Assembly: GCA_018398765.1 (NCBI GenBank)
Contig: JAHBMJ010000152.1
Coordinates: 1-55,239, forward strand
Direction of reading: 5' to 3'
Origin: Chromera velia
Lineage: Eukaryota
DNA: 55,239 bases
Shown here: piece after piece, positions 49,700-55,239 of the stretch
Numbering within the stretch: position 1 is the stretch's first letter
How the letters are laid out: each line of letters starts with the position of its first letter
Notes under the pieces: model-generated
Told to the model about the DNA's origin: nothing
What the model saw: the letters and a program-made list of their open reading frames with translations, nothing else
Databases searched by the model: none
Translations under genes and position numbers: made by a program

Positions 49700-50175
49700 T
49701 TCCGTCAAATCGCACATCATTCTGCGATTCGTTGACGAGGAACAAACCACAGAGAGCAGAAAGATAAAGAGGCACATGGAGAGACCGGGAGAGAGAGAGA
49801 GACAGCCTAGGAGACAGCGAGAGGGAGAGGGAGAGAGAAAAAGAGGGGGAGAGAGAGAGAGAGACAGATACACACAAGGAAGGGGCAAATCGCAATGGAA
49901 TTCGCCCTCCACAGACACAAGTGGAGCAGAGAGGAGACGGACAGGGTTTCAACCTGTCAACGCATGCACGAATCGGTCAGAAGAGAAGCCGGGAACAAGA
50001 ATTCAGAGATTGAGGCACTCACCCACTAACGGTTCCAAACGACCTGTCACTTGTCTTGTGGAATACCCGCGAGGGTCTTCTCACACGGACTCAAGCAAAT
50101 GCAGTGGGTGGACCCTCGCCTTTGTCTCATCTTCTCTTTTTCTCCCTCTCTCCCTGACATACGTCATTACACATC
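49700..50175. repeat. non-coding duplicated unit, copy 2
   Basis: Second copy, offset 757 bp at the core. Confidence 0.9.
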
Positions 50176-51021
50176 TCTGACTCACACGTGAGATCGAGAC
50201 GAAAAAGCAAGCATGCAAAGGACAGCCAATCGATCACGCTCTTCCCCGAAGAGTCATGCAGGCAGAGTACCATCCATAGAACGGGAGGAGCGGGAAAGGG
50301 TTTGTACAGACAGTCAGACACGGACCAGAGGAGAAAAAACAGTCCCCATATGCCCCATCTTTCTCATCTGTGTGACAGCACGAATCGAATGCATGTCTCT
50401 CGCATTCCATGCCGTCTCTCTCCGTTCTCCTTTCCTACCATGCACTACCATGACCGTCATTGTATGCTCTTTTGTTCCCTTTCTCTCTCAATCATTCACT
50501 CGGTGCTCACTCACTCACTCACGCACTCATTCTTTCATTCATTCATACACACACTCATTCATCAAGTCATTGCTTCGTGGGTTCATTCATGATCACTTCA
50601 TGATTCATCCCTTTCTTCTCATTCGGCCAGCAAGTTTCTTCCGTCTGCTCTCTCGGCGTTCCTTCTCTTCTGGCTCTGTGGTTTTCAGTCAGTCAGAACA
50701 GTACAAAAAACCCAAAAAACCTTCGGCAGCGAGGCAGGGACAACTACATGTCGTGCTTTCATCTCTCTCTCTCTCTCGATGCAGATTCGGGAATGGATAC
50801 CGTAATTCATGCAGTCATGATGCTGTACGGCAACAGGGCGACTCTCAATCCAAACAAACCCACGGCTCTCCAGAGAGGACAAAGAGAGAGACAACAGAGA
50901 GAAGAAGAAGTGCAGCCAATCAGCAAAAACGCCGGGCCGCACTTCTGACGATCCCCCCGTGTGGCCACCTGACCCCCTCCCTGTGCACTCTCTGGACACA
51001 CGACAACCAACGCTCTGCCTC

Positions 51022-54000
51022 TCAAAGGAAGAAGTGGAGTCCGTTGGTTCCCACGTACTTGTTCCCTTCGAACACCCCTGCAGTCGGCACCGTGTCCCTC
51101 AAGAAGTCGTTCGCCTGTCTAGCCGCAGCCACGCAGGCCATCTCCACCTTCGTCGTCATCTCGCGTCTCGGGGTCCCCTTGGCCCTCACGAGACCCTTCG
51201 AGACCTCCCTCCACTCTTTCCGCAGACGCCAGCACAGAGTGTCTGCACGCTCGGCGAGGTGATCGGCGTACAGGGCAGGGGTCGAGTACGAGACGGTCTT
51301 CGTCGCCCTCTGCAAGCACAAAACTCATTCATGACTATAGGTTCGTAAAATTCATTCTCTTTCCGCTCATTCACCAGTCCACTTATTCACAGACAAGGAG
51401 TCAGCACATGTCAGCACCGTGCAACAAAGCTCCACTACTCGACAGAAACAAAGTGCAAAACGACGAAAGACTTCTCATCTTCCTTGCCCCTGCCTATCTC
51501 TTTCCTACGCACCCTCACATACGTCACAGAATCTCGGTTTTCGTTTTCTGTGTAATTTAGACAGCAGCAGACACGCAGAAGGAGGGAGGCTAGCGGGTAG
51601 ACAGGTGCTGCCTGAAACACAAATTGAAAGGACATTCTCATGCGTGTTCATCTGTGAATCATGGCGGAGGTTCTGAGACCTCCGTATCTTCACATTGAGC
51701 AGTCCACACAGATTTCATCACCAAATCGAGGGAAGCCACTCTGACTCTCCGATCGACAGACTGACCTGGCAGAGCGCACAGAGGTGGTAGACGAAGTGCA
51801 TCATTGTGTCGTTGTCTATCTTGCCGTCCTCCTGGAAGGCATTCTTGTCGGTCAGAACGCAGAGGGCAGGGTGAGAGGTGCCTGCACAAAGGGGGTAAAG
51901 AGAGAAGCTGTCAGATGTTCTTCAAAGCTGGGGAAAAAAGCAGACGGGCCAGGAGGGGTGTATCAGAACAACAGGGGGCCAAAGACAGACAGTTCACGAC
52001 CGTCACTAACAAAAAGCAGCAGAAGAACACTCGCGAAGACTCTTGAGAATGATCAAACGCAGCTGCGTCAACGTATCCAGGAAGGCGTGCATTCTTGCCT
52101 GACCGACCGACCGACCGATGAGTCCTCTGTGGGCGCACATCCAGTATCCTCTGCAACCTTCAGGGAGCATCATATTTTCGAGTGACTTCATCATTGTGCC
52201 TGGCGGGAGCTGCCCGTCTCCCTGAGCGACCGTGCCCCTCGTGTTGTGCCTCTTTTGGATGCAGACGACAGTCAGACGGAGATCCTTCTCGCAGCCTACA
52301 CTCGCGTAGAGGTCCACGATCTGTTGGCATTCCTTCGGAATCACCTCAGCGATCTGACCATCCGAGAGGCCGTCTCGGAACACCTGCATTGAGAATTGAA
52401 GGGAATGGAACGGAAAGAGATATTGATTGGCCGAGATACCCAACGGAGGAGCGAGTGAGCGACCCATCAAGTCTGCGAGTCAGGACAGGAATTGGCGTCC
52501 CGCCTTTCTTGCCGTCCTGTCTGTGCAAATCTCTGTGTGAAGGTGTATGTAGGATCGGGAGGATGTGAATGATTTGTGGGAAAGTCGCTTTCTCTTCGAC
52601 CGTTTCTAGCTCATTGTGACGTCGCACGTTCTCCGTGCTCTTTCAGGTCTACATGCCATAACACAAGTTTGATCATCCTCGGCAGATTTGTGACGAGTGA
52701 TATGCGACTTACGATCAGCTGCCTCGGAGGTCGCATACGGCGTTCCTCTCCGACTAAGCGATGCATGAGACACTCTTTCAATTGCTCTCCAAAATCCAGG
52801 ACCTCCTGCATGAAAACGGGCATGAACAGTTGCTCAAGCAGTCAGCGATTCGTTTGTGAGGAACTGCAGCCACAAGTTCTCCTTTAGGGTCCTCAAATTG
52901 TTCCTCGCAGAATGTCTTGGAAGTGCTCGTACAGAAGTGTAGGCAGGCAAAAGGTGTGAGAGACAAAAGACACCGTCGTGTGAGAGACAAAAGACACCGT
53001 CCAATGAAATCGCACGGAAGAGACATGGATGATCCAATGAATGCAAGCGGGTCATACGTGGGGACGGAGGAATAGAGAAAATGAGGCAGCGGTGAAGAGG
53101 GGTGAAGGAGAAAAGGGGCCTTTGACGGGACGAAACCAAGAGGCCCGAACCAACTTATGGAGAAAAAGTGCAGCCGAGCAAATTGACCTCCGTTTTTGCC
53201 TTCTGAGCCCTGACGGAGTGGGTCCAGTGGGCCAGGTGCTCGTCCGACGACGCGACCATCCCGACAAAAGAGGGGATCACCGAGTTCCCTCCCCCCCCCC
53301 TCGCCCCTGTCGGGTGTGTCACGTCCACTCCCACGACAGAGAGGTCCCCCTCGTTGAAGAGACGGTGGACGGCTTGCACTGCCGGGCTGTGCTGGGGATT
53401 CAACCACCAGTTTCTTCCCCCGAGCTTCAAATTGACCTGCACAGAGAGAGAACAAGAAGCATACGTCAAATATTCGATGAGCCAGCCAGAACTTCTTTTT
53501 TATGTGTGAATTGTCGCACAACAGGCAGGCAGGCAGGCAGGTAGACAGGGGCCCAACGACCGTCTAGATTTGTCAATGTTTACACAGACACTTTCACTCT
53601 TACTCATTCACTCAACACACGCTCCCACTCTCACTCTTTCACTCAATCAGTGACTCACTTTCTCACTCACTTCAACCGACGAACTTACGCAATAAACTCA
53701 GTCCGTCAATGAATCAACACATCCGAATGACTGACCTTGAGACCGATGTTGGATGCGTACTGCAGTCCCCCCTTGCCGCACGCTTTGTGCTTGACCATCG
53801 CGTTGTTCCGAAGCCTCTTATCCAAGAGGGTTTTCGTCAGGGCGCGGGGCTGGTCGGCGCCCCCGTCTTGCAGCCAGACGAAGCAGTATTGGGGAAACTG
53901 CACGTGCAGACAGAAGGACACAAAATGTCCTACAGGGCCACCAGGAAGAATTCTTTTGTTGGATGGGGGGAAGTACAGAAAGGAAAAGTGAAGAGGAGAA

Positions 54001-55239
54001 ATAAAAAGGAAGAATTCTTTTGTTGGATGAAGGGGAAGTACAGAAAGGAAGAGTGAAGAGGAGAAAAAAAAAGGAAGAATTCTTTTGTTGGATGAAGGGG
54101 AAGTACAGAAAGGAAGAGTGGAGAGGAGAAAGAAAAAGATTCTTTTGTTGGAAGGGGGGGAAGTACAGAAAGGAAGAGTGAAGAGGAGAAAGAAAAGGAG
54201 AAAGAGGGAGAGCAGACCTGGTGCGGTGTTAGAGCACAGACATGACAGAGAAGTGAAAAGAGAGATGCAGGAGATAGGGGAAGAAAAAGCAGAAATTCAG
54301 AAAGCGGAAGGAAAGAATCGATCAAGGCACTCACCCCGTGTCTCCCCACGTTGCTTTGCATCTCAGCCTCAAGGTGACTCTCCAGCCCCACACAATACTG
54401 GTGCAATTCTTCCTCGTTCTCGGCCCGGGGGGGGTTCCACCTCGCCTGGATAACGAAGAGGGGTCCATTTGCCAGGGTGATCGCGTGCTCGTCTCTGAGG
54501 ACCTGGTGCATGTCCTGCCAGAATTTGTTCTCTCCCCCGTGCTGTTGGGCCAAGTCGATCACACAGTAGGGGAGTGCAGGTTTCCCAATTCCTGCTGGGT
54601 CTGCAGACATGAAGTCTCGCATGTTCCACCCCCCATTCCTCACCTCGGGTGCCCCCATCTGTCCGTTGCCTCTCCGCGTCCTCATCTGAAGAGGGGGCGC
54701 AGGCAGGAGTTCACCCTGGACCTGCACACACATAGAAGCCAAAGGGGAAGAGAAAGAGATTCAAGAACATTAATTCGAAGACTACACAAAGGACCAAAAG
54801 TTCTCTCTGAGCAAGCAGAGCATTCCATTTCATTCGGTTTCCGTCTCATCCCAACAGCTACTGTACCCTCTCGTCTCGTCTCGTCTCGTCTCTGTGGGTC
54901 AAGCAACGGACCTGTTCCATCGTCCTGCTGATGGAGACGTTGAAATGAGCGAGAGGCCCCTCACCCTCCATGTCACCACCGAAAAGGTCTCTGACGGTCT
55001 GGATGTTCTTCTGCTGTCGGTCTCTGGGCCGCATCAGCGCCCTCTTGTTGATTTGGTCCTTTTCGTTCTGCATCGGTCTGCAAACTCTCGAGAACACACA
55101 AAGAGAGAAGAGGATGAAGTGGAAAGGAGACCTGTTCTGCCTTTTTGTTTCCTGCAGGGCGGGTCATCGGGTTTCAGATACACAAAAAAAGGTAGCAAGT
55201 CGCTTCTCGCTTTCTTTCTCTCTCCCCCCCCCGCCCCCC
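51022..55239 (-). CDS. AGO: Argonaute (L2-MID-PIWI portion; the 5' exons lie beyond the window)
   Basis: Exons at about 55077-54912, 54721-54335, 53898-53737, 53436-53188, 52805-52713, 52383-52117, 51881-51766 and 51309-51022 give GELLPAPPL, GGWNMR, YASNIGLKVNLKLGGRN, VVGVDVTHP, VFRDGLSDGQ, QKRHNTR, PPGT, AHRGLIGTSHP, VSYSTPALYADHLAER and C-terminal LHFFL. Confidence 0.97.
53944..54195 (+). repeat. intronic minisatellite, about 60-65-bp unit, 4 copies
   Basis: AAGAATTCTTTTGTTGGATG...GGGAAGTACAGAAAGGAAGAGTGAAGAGGAGAA repeated. Confidence 0.9.

Noticed and set aside
53944..54195. Regularly spaced repeats resembling a CRISPR array
   Set aside because: The units are contiguous with no unique spacers, lie inside a eukaryotic intron, and no cas genes are present.

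Overview
Intron-rich eukaryotic genomic DNA with microsatellite-filled introns, abundant TGCATGCA motifs and two N-gaps. It is most consistent with an alveolate protist, probably a chromerid or other apicomplexan relative (inference, not proven). I reconstructed six spliced host genes by hand: FAM98-like (-), LON-N/RING LONRF-like (-, apparently two GC-AG introns), an N-acylated ISP-like PH-fold protein (-), an ALMT/FUSC-type transporter (+), a two-domain glycosyltransferase (GT8 plus a second putative GT domain, -) and the 3' part of an Argonaute (-) with a DEDD tetrad and a divergent MID pocket. Also present are a Pol III tRNA-like gene whose anticodon arm is replaced by a 56-nt hairpin, a cluster of DNA-transposon remnants (242-bp MITE and 1.3-kb hAT, both with 8-bp TSDs), a decayed chromodomain-bearing Ty3/Gypsy element with strongly transition-biased LTR divergence, and a duplicated non-coding unit downstream of Argonaute with an identical hairpin core. 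Most ORFs in the supplied track are microsatellite or antisense artefacts. All exon boundaries, alignments and counts are by eye.
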